Part shown: piece by piece, positions 23,202 to 31,370 of the stretch
Numbering within the stretch: position 1 is the stretch's first letter
How the letters are laid out: every line of letters begins with the position of its first letter
Assembly: GCA_038736825.1 (NCBI GenBank)
Contig: JAVYME010000007.1
Location: 1-32,000, forward strand
Source of the DNA: Candidatus Iainarchaeum sp.
GTDB taxonomy: Archaea; Iainarchaeota; Iainarchaeia; Iainarchaeales; DTGL01
Direction: 5' to 3'
DNA: 32,000 nucleotides
Made by a program: the position numbers and the translations under genes
Notes under the pieces: generated by a model
Told to the model about the DNA's origin: nothing
Databases searched by the model: none
What the model saw: only the letters and a program-made list of their open reading frames with translations

Positions 23202-24551
23202 TCACTTCCGGTTTTGCACATTAAGATAGCATGTCTCCTTTTCGTATTCTGCAAGCCAATTGCAATAAGAGGAATCGCCTGTTGCCAAAGCCAAACAATA
23301 GTTTTTCATTTGCTTGTCTGAAATCTTTTCGCACAAAACCGGGTTTTTTTCTATTTGTGCAACACCGCTATAGCATTGCTGGAACCAAACATTGTTATCC
23401 TGCTGGAGCATGTCGCAATACTCTGTCTTTCTCGAATTGATTGCAATGAGGCTAATGCAACTGCTTTTATAGTCCTTGTCCAAAATTTTCTGGCAAAGCC
23501 AGAGGTTTTCCTCTTTTCCTTCCGCCAAAAAATAATAACAGTTTTCCTTGCTTGTAGTGGCAGTATCCTGAATGGAATTGTCGCCCTCAAGGAGTTCGCA
23601 AACAGACGGATTGCTGGTGTTTCTTGCAACAAAACTATAACACTTTCCTTTTTCATAAGCGATTGTGAGTCCAGCGCACTGGTTGACATCTGTGGAGAAA
23701 ACCAGCCTGTTGACAAGGCATCTTTCCCTGCTTGAAACATCATTTGAAATCTGTTCGCAGATTCCGGCTGCAAAAAAGCAAGCGTTTTTGTGCTCTTCAA
23801 GCGAAAGCCTTTTGCATTCCGCAAGCGCCTTTTCCCTTGAAAGCTGTGAAGAATACTCTGCAATGCAGAATTGTGCATCCCTTGCCCTTTCACAGAGTTT
23901 TATGTCGCCTGCCTCAACCGCTTTTTTGTTATAGCACTCGTTTATTGCAATTTGTTTTTGCAATCCAATGCGAAGGGTTTTAGCCTCTTCCATTGTTTCG
24001 CATTCAGGCAATGGCTCTCTTGCCCTTTTTATTGCGTGCTCCAGGCATTGCTCTTTAAGTTTTTCAGACTCTATTTTTTCGCACAATCCAGTGTGTGGCA
24101 GGTCGAAAGAGAGCGACAAATAACAGTTGTCCCTTTCGCTTGCGCTTCCAATCAAAGCACAGGATTCAGGGTTTTTTGAAACCTTTGCAACAGTGAAAAT
24201 ACAACTGTGCCTGTAATTCTCGTTTTCCACCAACAAGCATTCACTTGAATCCAGCGATTTTGTTGCGTTGTCGTAATGCATTGAATCGCTCTGGCTTAAG
24301 CCGGGGTAACTGCGGTAACCCTGTTTTTTGAAATCGCTTTCCGGAACATAATCGCCTGACTGCCCCCAATCCCCTTCATAATATTTTGTCTTATTGAATG
24401 GCATTATTCCTTCACCCAAAACCTCCAAAGGGCTTTTCTCCCAGCCAAAAACCGAGTGCCCGAAAAACAACAAAAAAAGCGAGCCAGCGATTGCAAGCAA
24501 GAGAAAAGCCATTAAACCAAAAACCATTACTGGAGTAAAACTGGATTGCAT
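23202..24551 (-). CDS. Membrane-anchored cysteine-rich repeat protein
   Basis: It has an N-terminal TM helix (VMVFGLMAFLLLAIAGSLFLLFF). It then has more than 12 recurring units of the pattern C(Y/I)x3Ax6-10C(E/Q)x(I/L), for example KCYSFVARNTSNPSVCELL, NCYYFLAEGKEENLWLCQKI and QCYSGVAQIEKNPVLCEKI. Confidence 0.7.
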   Translation of the reverse strand: MQSSFTPVMVFGLMAFLLLAIAGSLFLLFFGHSVFGWEKSPLEVLGEGIMPFNKTKYYEGDWGQSGDYVPESDFKKQGYRSYPGLSQSDSMHYDNATKSLDSSECLLVENENYRHSCIFTVAKVSKNPESCALIGSASERDNCYLSLSFDLPHTGLCEKIESEKLKEQCLEHAIKRAREPLPECETMEEAKTLRIGLQKQIAINECYNKKAVEAGDIKLCERARDAQFCIAEYSSQLSREKALAECKRLSLEEHKNACFFAAGICEQISNDVSSRERCLVNRLVFSTDVNQCAGLTIAYEKGKCYSFVARNTSNPSVCELLEGDNSIQDTATTSKENCYYFLAEGKEENLWLCQKILDKDYKSSCISLIAINSRKTEYCDMLQQDNNVWFQQCYSGVAQIEKNPVLCEKISDKQMKNYCLALATGDSSYCNWLAEYEKETCYLNVQNRK

Positions 24552-24665
24552 GAAAGAATTTCTCTCTTGCAGTATTTAATTGTACCGTTTTGCCTTACCA
24601 GAAAAGAATATTAAGGGGAAACGCTTTGATTTTATTGCCTAAGCGCGCTATTCAGAGGCTTTGAA

Positions 24666-24770
24666 ATGAAAAAGTTTTTTTTCTTATTTTTTGCCCTTGT
24701 TTTTGACAGCAATGGTTTTAGCCCTTCCACTCTTTTCAATGATGAAAAAAAGAGAGTGTTAAAAAAATGA
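24666..24770 (+). CDS. Tentative 34-codon upstream ORF with signal-peptide-like start, ATGA-coupled to the next gene
   Basis: Hand translation gives MKKFFFLFFALVFDSNGFSPSTLFNDEKKRVLKK. Its TGA at 24768-24770 overlaps the ATG at 24767 of the downstream gene. It is below the ORF-track size cut-off. Confidence 0.2.
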   Translation: MKKFFFLFFALVFDSNGFSPSTLFNDEKKRVLKK

Positions 24771-26311
24771 AAAAGGAAATCTTTCAAAAAATTTTTGCAA
24801 TTTTGGTTTTTTTCCTGTTTTTTGCCAGTGTCAAGGCAGACACCTTCAATATCCCGTTAGCTCGCTTCGGCTTAGTGCAAAGCATTGGAGAAAAAAAGGC
24901 AATTTTTGAAAACCAGATTAAGCCGATTGTTGAAACCTTTAGACTTAATGCAGACATTTCAAGCCTTGAAGATTGCGCCAACAAGTCCACCACCATTCAA
25001 GGGCAGGGGCAATGCCAAAACACCATTGAAATAGCCTTTCAGGCTGCATTGCCCTACAATGACATGTATGCCCAGACAAAGTATTCCCTTTTAAGGGACG
25101 GAATTGAATTCCAGCCCGCTTCAAGCATTCCGCCTTCAAAAATTTCACTTGGAGACACAATCCGCATTGAACCCCAAATTGTAACCCAAGAAATTTCACA
25201 CCCCATCCAGGACTGGACAGTACAAGGCGCATCCACAGACACTCCACCAATAGAAATCCTTTCAAGCAGGGAATTCAACACGCTTGCCGAAATGTTAACC
25301 CTAAGACAGCGCGAAAGATATCCTGCCTCAGGGGAATTAATGGATGCGCTTAGAGTTGAAAAATTCAAAACCGAGGTTGTTCCCTGGACTGGCGGCAACA
25401 GTTATGTTGGATTCCAAGGCAAAACCTATCATGTTGTCGAATTGGCTGGAGGCAAAAAAGCAGGAGTGCTAATTGCTTGCGCTGAATCCATATCAGCAAC
25501 CACTTACAGTGGCACTTGCAATTCCGACCCTTTAAGCGACAGTGTTGAATGCCATATAACCAAAATGCCTGAAAACAGAAAAGCTGAAATTGTCATTAAT
25601 CCCTTTTTTAACTGCTTTATTCACTTTGACAGGATTTTCACTGGAAGCATAGCGCTTCAAGCAGACTGGTTTGGCCAAACCTTTGGCAATGTTCCAAAAA
25701 GCCCATTGTCTTTTCAGGTTCTGCCAACCGGCAGAGAAAAACCCCCTATAGCAGAATTCGAGTGCAATATTGACAATTGCACGCCGGATTCAGAGCAACC
25801 AAAATGCCTTTACTGTGATGCTTCCAAGTCAAGCGATGAAGACGGCAGAATAGAATCCTATTTTTGGACAATCGCTGGAAGCTACACTACCGCCATTGGA
25901 GTTAAATCCAAATTCTACCCTCAATCCCTTCCCAAAAGCACAATAAGCATAACCCTAAAAGCAACAGACAACCAAGGCTTTTACAGCGAGAAAACAAAAA
26001 CCTTCAGTGTAAGTGAAGGAACACTAAAAGAAACAGGCATGACAGATAAACTGTCTTTTATTGCAGAATACAATCCCTCCACAAAAAAAGCAGAACTCAC
26101 TCTCTCCAATTGCCCACCCACTGCCATGCAAGCATTCCTTGACATTGACTTGCTTGGCTTTGACGCCAAACCAGTGCTTTCAATTTTAGAAAAACAACCA
26201 ATTGCCTGCGAAAAAACAACAGAGGTTGGCCCGATAACCGCGAAAGGCGTTTACCAAGCAACAGCCAAAATAAACAGCCAAACAATTCAAGCAATATTTT
26301 CAGTTCCATAA
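24767..26311 (+). CDS. Secreted protein with a PKD-like domain
   Basis: The signal peptide is IFAILVFFLFFASVKA. The PKD-like segment reads CDASKSSDEDGRIESYFWTIAG...ITLKATDNQGFYSEKTKTFSV. Confidence 0.7.
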   Translation: MKKEIFQKIFAILVFFLFFASVKADTFNIPLARFGLVQSIGEKKAIFENQIKPIVETFRLNADISSLEDCANKSTTIQGQGQCQNTIEIAFQAALPYNDMYAQTKYSLLRDGIEFQPASSIPPSKISLGDTIRIEPQIVTQEISHPIQDWTVQGASTDTPPIEILSSREFNTLAEMLTLRQRERYPASGELMDALRVEKFKTEVVPWTGGNSYVGFQGKTYHVVELAGGKKAGVLIACAESISATTYSGTCNSDPLSDSVECHITKMPENRKAEIVINPFFNCFIHFDRIFTGSIALQADWFGQTFGNVPKSPLSFQVLPTGREKPPIAEFECNIDNCTPDSEQPKCLYCDASKSSDEDGRIESYFWTIAGSYTTAIGVKSKFYPQSLPKSTISITLKATDNQGFYSEKTKTFSVSEGTLKETGMTDKLSFIAEYNPSTKKAELTLSNCPPTAMQAFLDIDLLGFDAKPVLSILEKQPIACEKTTEVGPITAKGVYQATAKINSQTIQAIFSVP

Positions 26312-26327
26312 AAATAAAAGCCAGAAC

Positions 26328-27023
26328 TCAGTTTTTGCCAGCATTAAACTTTACCCTAATATGCGAGCCATCACAAAACGGCTTGTTCTTTGAAGCACCA
26401 CACCTGCACAAAGTAACACGATTCCTTTCCTCATAATATGTGCCATCTGAAGATTTTATTGGAACAAAGCCCTTAACCCAGATTGGACCAGAGCATTTTG
26501 CCTGCGGGTCCTCCACCAACCCAATAGAAGGCTTGAATTTTGGCTCTATTGCCCTACCGGTTTTTTTATGCCATACCACTAGCCTTCCAGAAGGGCAATT
26601 GCAAGCGGTTTCAATTGCCAGTTTCCTTTTTTTAACATTGCCTGACAGTTCAACCTGCTTCCAAGTGCCACCAGCCCTATGGCAAAACCTTGCAACAGCA
26701 CACAATTTTGGAGCATCAGTCAAATCAATGCCAGGACCAAAAAACCTTTGCGCTTGCGCCAAATACCGTTTCTTCAAGGCAGTTTCCATTCCATTAAACC
26801 CAATTGTTTGGTGCGAGCCATCACAAAAAGGCTTGTTCTTTGAAGCACCGCACCTGCAAAGCGCAAAAGAATCCCTTTTCTCAAACTTTTCACCAGCAAT
26901 CCATTTTTCAGGCTCATTATCCCTGCCAATTCCAATGATTTCCTTCCTTAAAGGCAAGCCGCCAAAAACAAGGTATGGACCGTTCTCTGCAATCACAATT
27001 TCAGCCTTTTTCCCGCCAGCCAT
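26328..27023 (-). CDS. CDGSH-type iron-sulfur domain protein (two CDGSH motifs)
   Basis: CRCGASKNKPFCDGSH occurs twice, with a central C-rich segment (ACNCPSGRL). Confidence 0.85.
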   Translation of the reverse strand: MAGGKKAEIVIAENGPYLVFGGLPLRKEIIGIGRDNEPEKWIAGEKFEKRDSFALCRCGASKNKPFCDGSHQTIGFNGMETALKKRYLAQAQRFFGPGIDLTDAPKLCAVARFCHRAGGTWKQVELSGNVKKRKLAIETACNCPSGRLVVWHKKTGRAIEPKFKPSIGLVEDPQAKCSGPIWVKGFVPIKSSDGTYYEERNRVTLCRCGASKNKPFCDGSHIRVKFNAGKN

Positions 27024-27075
27024 TCAAACCAACCCCAGATTAATCAAAATACAAAACAAAAAAAAGAAAAAGAAA

Positions 27076-27090
27076 GCGGGCAAAGCCCGC
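27076..27090 (-). terminator. Hairpin plus T-run downstream of 27111-28547
   Basis: On the - strand GCGGGCTTTGCCCGC is followed by TTTCTTTTTCTTTTTTTT, about 20 nt after the stop. Confidence 0.5.
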
Positions 27091-27110
27091 AAACAAATTG
27101 ATAAACCCAT

Positions 27111-28547
27111 TTACACGCGGGTTGCAATCCAATCTGTTACTCCGCCAGTGCCAGCTCCACCACTCATATAATTCCAGCTAGGATCAATAGTCCCAGAAAT
27201 GGTTGCAGTATAACTGTTCTCGTATGTGATGGTCATCGTTATTGTATTCCCTGTAACTTGACCAGTCATTGTCCAATTGTAAGGGGAGTTGTAAGGCGGT
27301 CCTGAACCTGCTGGATATCCTCCGGTTCCACTAATTGTTCCATCCGGATTCTGCGTCACAACAATCATGTCGTGAATGTAGGCTCCTGAGTTGACACTAA
27401 GCAACCATGTTCCAGTAACTTTGCCAGCGTTTGGGTTTACCAGTCTAGTGAATTCTTCCACTACGCTTTGGCTGCAACCAAATTTCCTGTGCCCTTCCAT
27501 GTTCCCGTAAAGCGCTGGATTGTACGCCTGCAATAAGTCCAATATCTGAGAACAACTGCAACCATTAGTGCTAGCCAAAGTGAAAGGCGATTGTGCCGCA
27601 TAAAAGGTTGTCTTGCCCTTCACATTCTTTGAAGACAGCGTAGTGAAATAGTCATCCCAGTTATAGGTGTCTGTCCACATTAGCCTGTTCACGCCCAAAT
27701 AGCCCGCAGTCCCTATGAATCTGCCGTCAATCTTCCAAGGATCATTTGCTGTTGTACTGCAATACCAATTGCACACGTGCTGGTCTATTGTGCCATCGCA
27801 ATCGTTATCCAAAGTATCGCAGACCTCGGTTGCATCCGGGTTTACATTTGGGTTGGAGTCATCACAGTCAGAGCTATCTTCGACAAAGCCCTCACCGCAC
27901 TCACCACAGAACTCTTTTGAATTGTTGGGATCTCCAAATCCATCTTCGTCAGAGTCCGCATAGCAAGTGACAGAAGCCACTTCATCATAAGATATCTCTG
28001 CCTTGTAGATTAACCCAGTTGGATTGACTTCAGGATCGGTCGTAGGGTATGCATAGTTCCTGACAATAAACTGCAACTTGTTAGAACCAGCCTGCAATCC
28101 AGTCAAATTGTAACTCAAAATTGTATTCCATTCCTGGTTGTCCACAAATGGTCCTTGGACTTTGCCATCACTGCCAATCAAAGCACCATTCAAGTAAACC
28201 TCTTCAGCATTATCAGAAGTAACACTCACAATGTTCCCTGAAAGATTAGTCACACAAGACGGAAGCACTATCTCGCGCTCAAACAACCTCCAACTATCAT
28301 TCTGTGCATCTTCTGTATAGTAAGCGCTTGAAATCCAATAAGCACCATCAATAGTCGGCCAAAGAGGATGTTTCCATGTCACAACTGCATTGTTTGAAGT
28401 TCCCCAGTCTGTAGAATCTATTTCTGCATAATGGTCTATTGGACCGTAAACCAGTGTGTCTGTATCACTGACAATTGTCATTGTTGCAGCCATAGCAGTA
28501 GCGGTCAGCAAGACAGCTATTGCCATTATTCCCAATATTTTTTTCAT
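27111..28547 (-). CDS. Secreted protein with a MopE-like putative metal-binding Cys/Asp motif
   Basis: GGAGG lies 8 nt upstream of the ATG and the signal peptide is ILGIMAIAVLLTATAMA. The segment CYADSDEDGFGDP...DCDDSNPNVNPDATEVCDTLDNDCDGTIDQ matches the DNDCDG-type putative metal-binding motif. Confidence 0.7.
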   Translation of the reverse strand: MKKILGIMAIAVLLTATAMAATMTIVSDTDTLVYGPIDHYAEIDSTDWGTSNNAVVTWKHPLWPTIDGAYWISSAYYTEDAQNDSWRLFEREIVLPSCVTNLSGNIVSVTSDNAEEVYLNGALIGSDGKVQGPFVDNQEWNTILSYNLTGLQAGSNKLQFIVRNYAYPTTDPEVNPTGLIYKAEISYDEVASVTCYADSDEDGFGDPNNSKEFCGECGEGFVEDSSDCDDSNPNVNPDATEVCDTLDNDCDGTIDQHVCNWYCSTTANDPWKIDGRFIGTAGYLGVNRLMWTDTYNWDDYFTTLSSKNVKGKTTFYAAQSPFTLASTNGCSCSQILDLLQAYNPALYGNMEGHRKFGCSQSVVEEFTRLVNPNAGKVTGTWLLSVNSGAYIHDMIVVTQNPDGTISGTGGYPAGSGPPYNSPYNWTMTGQVTGNTITMTITYENSYTATISGTIDPSWNYMSGGAGTGGVTDWIATRV

Positions 28548-28564
28548 TTTAAAACCTCCTTATA

Positions 28565-28580
28565 GTTTTTTTTTGATTAA
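28565..28580 (-). promoter_or_regulatory. Conserved 16-nt leader/promoter motif TTAATCAAAAAAAAAC followed by AAGGAGG
   Basis: It is identical to 31028-31043 upstream of the next surface-protein gene. In both cases it is followed within 3-5 nt by AAGGAGG and then by the ATG. Confidence 0.4.
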
Positions 28581-28754
28581 CGTGCATTTGGCTGTTGATT
28601 GCAAGGTGAAAGAAAGCTAAAGCCCCCTTAAATTAGGAAAAAAATCCATTTAAAGGAAACTGGTTCCAATGCCCTGCCCTTGCAATGCCTTGCCTGTTTA
28701 CTTTTTAATCTTTCAATTTTTGTTTGGTTGAATTTTGAAAAAAAAAACGAAAGC

Positions 28755-28775
28755 GGGCGAAAAATTTTTTCGCCC
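28755..28775 (-). terminator. Hairpin plus T-run downstream of 28795-31011
   Basis: On the - strand GGGCGAAAAAATTTTTCGCCC is followed by GCTTTCGTTTTTTTTTT, about 20 nt after the stop. Confidence 0.55.
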
Positions 28776-28794
28776 AAACTTGTTGACTGCGTTT

Positions 28795-31011
28795 TTAAGG
28801 ACTCGAGGTCTTGTCTTCGTCGCAATGCCCTGGACCAATATAGCCCTCGTTATAGGAAGCCAACAGCGAGGCAGTGCTAGTGAATTGCTTTCTCAATGAA
28901 TCGTTTGCCTTCAAAGCCCCAATTTGTGCCGGCGTATATGTGCTGAACCAAGTGTCTGCTTTGGCTATTGCCTCACTTACGCTGGCAGGCGCGTCAGCCC
29001 CATTCAAAATGTTAAGCCTTGCAGCCATGAACTGGTGAGCCAATTGATAGTAGACATTGCCCTTTACTGGAGTCCAAAACACTTTATACCAGGTTTGACC
29101 GCTCAAATAGAACGGAGTGCTTGCCCCAGTTGGTGCCAGCAAAGCCCAAGTGTCATCGTATGGTGCTTTTCCGAACTCTGAATGGGTTTTCCAATAGCCT
29201 TGAGTCAAAGTGCAGCCCTGTATGCATTCCACGTTCACCAAAACAGACCAGCTGTCTTCGCCCTTGGTTTCAGTGTCATTTGTAATGAATTCTGCAGTGT
29301 TGTCTATTTTGTGTTCGCCGCACCCTTCAGGGTCAGAGTATGGACCGATTGTCCAAGTGTATTTAAAGGTTTTTGGAGCTTGTCCAGCGCAAACCGAGCC
29401 CAAAGTTCCCTTTAATGTGTCTGTGACTTCAATGCATTCATCTGTTTCTGTTGTCGGGCTGCCAAAGGTTATGTTTGCAGTTCCACTGTAATCTGTTGTT
29501 CCGCTTGGAGTGGGAGAGCCATTGAATGGATGGGAATAGTTTTGTTGTGTTGCTGTGGCAGTGTTTGTTCTAGTAGTGCTGTCTGGAAGTGTTGCGCTAT
29601 AAGTGCAGGTGAGTGTTTGCCCTGCTGGCAGACTGTATGGGAATGTTTCCGGGCAATTTACTGTTGCTGCTCCAACTCCACTAATTGCGTCTGTTACGCT
29701 ATTGATTGTTGCCGGAATTGTGGCTGGATTGCTTACTGTTATGTTGCCTGAAACGCTCCAACCAGAATCTGTATGGGTTTTGTCCACTTTCACTTCATAG
29801 TTTAGAATGTAAGTTTCCCCTGGTGCAAGAGTCAACTCGGTTTTGTCAGCTTTCTTGTCAATAGTCCAATTGTATTTTCTTGTGAACCCTGTACTGGCAG
29901 TTTTTGCAATTGAAAGCTTGTAGCAATCAACTGTAACGCTTGCACTGTCCTGTTGTCTTGTTTGAGTTATTGTTGCAGTGTTGTTGATTGTTTTGCTTCC
30001 ATGATTGTTGGAATAGGTTATTCCACTGCAATCAAAGGTTTTGTTGTAAGTTACACTGCCAGAATTGTTAAACAGCCATGGGCCGCCTTGCGTGTCAGTA
30101 ACTTCTATTGAAGAATTTGAAGGCCGTGGGCTTACCCCGCTAAAATTTATTTCTTTGGAGGCACTGTTTCCGCCAACATCTCCAGTAGTGGTGACTGTGG
30201 CAGTGTTTGTTCTAGTAGTGCTGTCTGGAAGTGTTGCACTGTAAGTGCAGGTGAGTGTTTGCCCTGCTGGCAGACTGTATGGGAATGTTACTGGGCAATT
30301 GACTGTTGCTGCTCCAAATCCACTAATTTCGTCTGTTACATTGGTTATTTGCGCTGAAGCGTATTGTGCTGGATTTGTGATTGTTATTTGTCCAATAACA
30401 GAATAAGTTGTGGATCCAAGGGTTTTTGTCACTGTAATGGTGTACTGTGATTGTCCAGAATCACCGTCAAACAAAACCCAAGCATCAGGTGTAACACTCT
30501 TGTCAATAGTCCAAACATAGTTTTGCTCAATGTGCGGATAAACATTCTTTGAAACCGAAAGGTTTACTTGTTCATAGTTGACAGAAACAGCTTTGTTGCC
30601 ATTTGAGGGACTGTCAAAACCGTCGTTCAGTGTGCCATTCCAAATGACTGTTGCAGTCCATGCCCCTCCAACTAGGTCTGCAGTTGATGCAACATAATCA
30701 GCACTTCCAACAAAGCTTGTTTCTGTTGGATTTGGATAGTTGTTTGGTCCAAAGGTGTGCTCTGTGCCGTCTGGCAATTTTAATGTTAGTGTTCGGTTGG
30801 TTATGTCGCAACCATCGCTTGATGATGGGTTTCCAGCGCTAACTGTAAAGGTTATTGTTTGTCCTGGTTGTGCTGAGGCTGTGCTTCTTGCAATGTTTAC
30901 AACGCTGTTGTCTGCGTTACAGCCTGGCGGTGATGCCGGGTCTGCGGCCATAACGCTTGGTGTTGCCAGCAACAAGGCAATTGCTGCCAGCAATAATATT
31001 TTTTTGTTCAT
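28795..31011 (-). CDS. Large secreted surface protein with DUF11/TIGR01451-like conserved repeat domains
   Basis: GGAGG precedes the ATG and the signal peptide is ILLLAAIALLLATPSVMA. It has two ~214-aa repeat units, each containing GAATVNCP.TFPYSLPAGQTLTCTYSATLPDSTTRTNTAT. The C-terminal domain carries CTLTQGYWKTH. Confidence 0.8.
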   Translation of the reverse strand: MNKKILLLAAIALLLATPSVMAADPASPPGCNADNSVVNIARSTASAQPGQTITFTVSAGNPSSSDGCDITNRTLTLKLPDGTEHTFGPNNYPNPTETSFVGSADYVASTADLVGGAWTATVIWNGTLNDGFDSPSNGNKAVSVNYEQVNLSVSKNVYPHIEQNYVWTIDKSVTPDAWVLFDGDSGQSQYTITVTKTLGSTTYSVIGQITITNPAQYASAQITNVTDEISGFGAATVNCPVTFPYSLPAGQTLTCTYSATLPDSTTRTNTATVTTTGDVGGNSASKEINFSGVSPRPSNSSIEVTDTQGGPWLFNNSGSVTYNKTFDCSGITYSNNHGSKTINNTATITQTRQQDSASVTVDCYKLSIAKTASTGFTRKYNWTIDKKADKTELTLAPGETYILNYEVKVDKTHTDSGWSVSGNITVSNPATIPATINSVTDAISGVGAATVNCPETFPYSLPAGQTLTCTYSATLPDSTTRTNTATATQQNYSHPFNGSPTPSGTTDYSGTANITFGSPTTETDECIEVTDTLKGTLGSVCAGQAPKTFKYTWTIGPYSDPEGCGEHKIDNTAEFITNDTETKGEDSWSVLVNVECIQGCTLTQGYWKTHSEFGKAPYDDTWALLAPTGASTPFYLSGQTWYKVFWTPVKGNVYYQLAHQFMAARLNILNGADAPASVSEAIAKADTWFSTYTPAQIGALKANDSLRKQFTSTASLLASYNEGYIGPGHCDEDKTSSP
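29553..29697 (-). repeat. Intragenic 145-nt repeat, copy 1 (~95% identical to 30195-30339)
   Basis: Hand alignment at a fixed offset of 642 nt gives 7 mismatches in 145 nt. Confidence 0.9.
30195..30339 (-). repeat. Intragenic 145-nt repeat, copy 2
   Basis: See copy 1. Confidence 0.9.
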
Positions 31012-31027
31012 TTTTTTTTCCTCCTTT

Positions 31028-31043
31028 GTTTTTTTTTGATTAA
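31028..31043 (-). promoter_or_regulatory. Conserved 16-nt leader/promoter motif TTAATCAAAAAAAAAC followed by AAGGAGG
   Basis: It is identical to 28565-28580. ATATATT lies immediately upstream on the - strand. Confidence 0.4.
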
Positions 31044-31105
31044 TATATTGTGTTTCTTAAATCACTGAAAAAAGTAATTTAAAGTGATGTATTTCTGGGT
31101 TGTAA

Positions 31106-31196
31106 TTTGTTTGTTTGTTGTTTGTTTATTTTTTGTTTTTTTTGTTGTTTTTTTGTTTATTTTTTGCATTTTTTGTTTTATTTTTTTTCTTTTTTG
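31106..31196. repeat. Low-complexity T/G (- strand A/C) tract, degenerate (GTTT)n
   Basis: tttgtttgtttgttgtttgtttattttttgttttttttt... is almost free of A and C on the + strand. Confidence 0.8.
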
Positions 31197-31223
31197 AAGT
31201 AATTGGCAGTTTAGTTGGTGTTT

Positions 31224-31370
31224 TCAGTTTGTTTTTTTTAGTGCGGTTTTTTCGCTGTATTCTTTTCTTTCTGTGAATTCTTGGGTTTTTCCTATGTTCC
31301 ATTGCTGTACTGGCCTGTAGTAGCCGCATACTCTGGAGTATACTTCTGTTTTGTTTTGGCATTTTTTCAT
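31224..31370 (-). CDS. 48-aa mini-protein resembling the glycyl-radical C-terminus of class III (anaerobic) ribonucleotide reductase NrdD
   Basis: Hand translation of the - strand gives MKKCQNKTEVYSRVCGYYRPVQQWNIGKTQEFTERKEYSEKTALKKTN. It contains the glycyl-radical type motif RVCGY followed by RPV..WN.GK..EF.ERK.Y. Its ATG (31370-31368) forms an ATGA overlap with the stop of the rubrerythrin-like gene. It is not in the ORF track because it is under 60 aa. Confidence 0.55.
   Translation of the reverse strand: MKKCQNKTEVYSRVCGYYRPVQQWNIGKTQEFTERKEYSEKTALKKTN

Noticed and set aside
23351-23893. 180-aa - strand ORF in an alternative frame, and several + ORFs inside 23202-24551
   Set aside because: They are fully embedded in the longer Cys-repeat gene, which has a TM anchor and a regular repeat structure.
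26440-27171. 243-aa + strand ORF
   Set aside because: It runs antisense to the CDGSH protein gene, whose duplicated CRCGASKNKPFCDGSH motif is decisive. The + product has no motifs.
29553-30339. Diversity-generating retroelement template/variable repeat pair
   Set aside because: The 7 mismatches between copies are not adenine-specific on either strand. Both copies are in the same gene and no reverse transcriptase is in the window.
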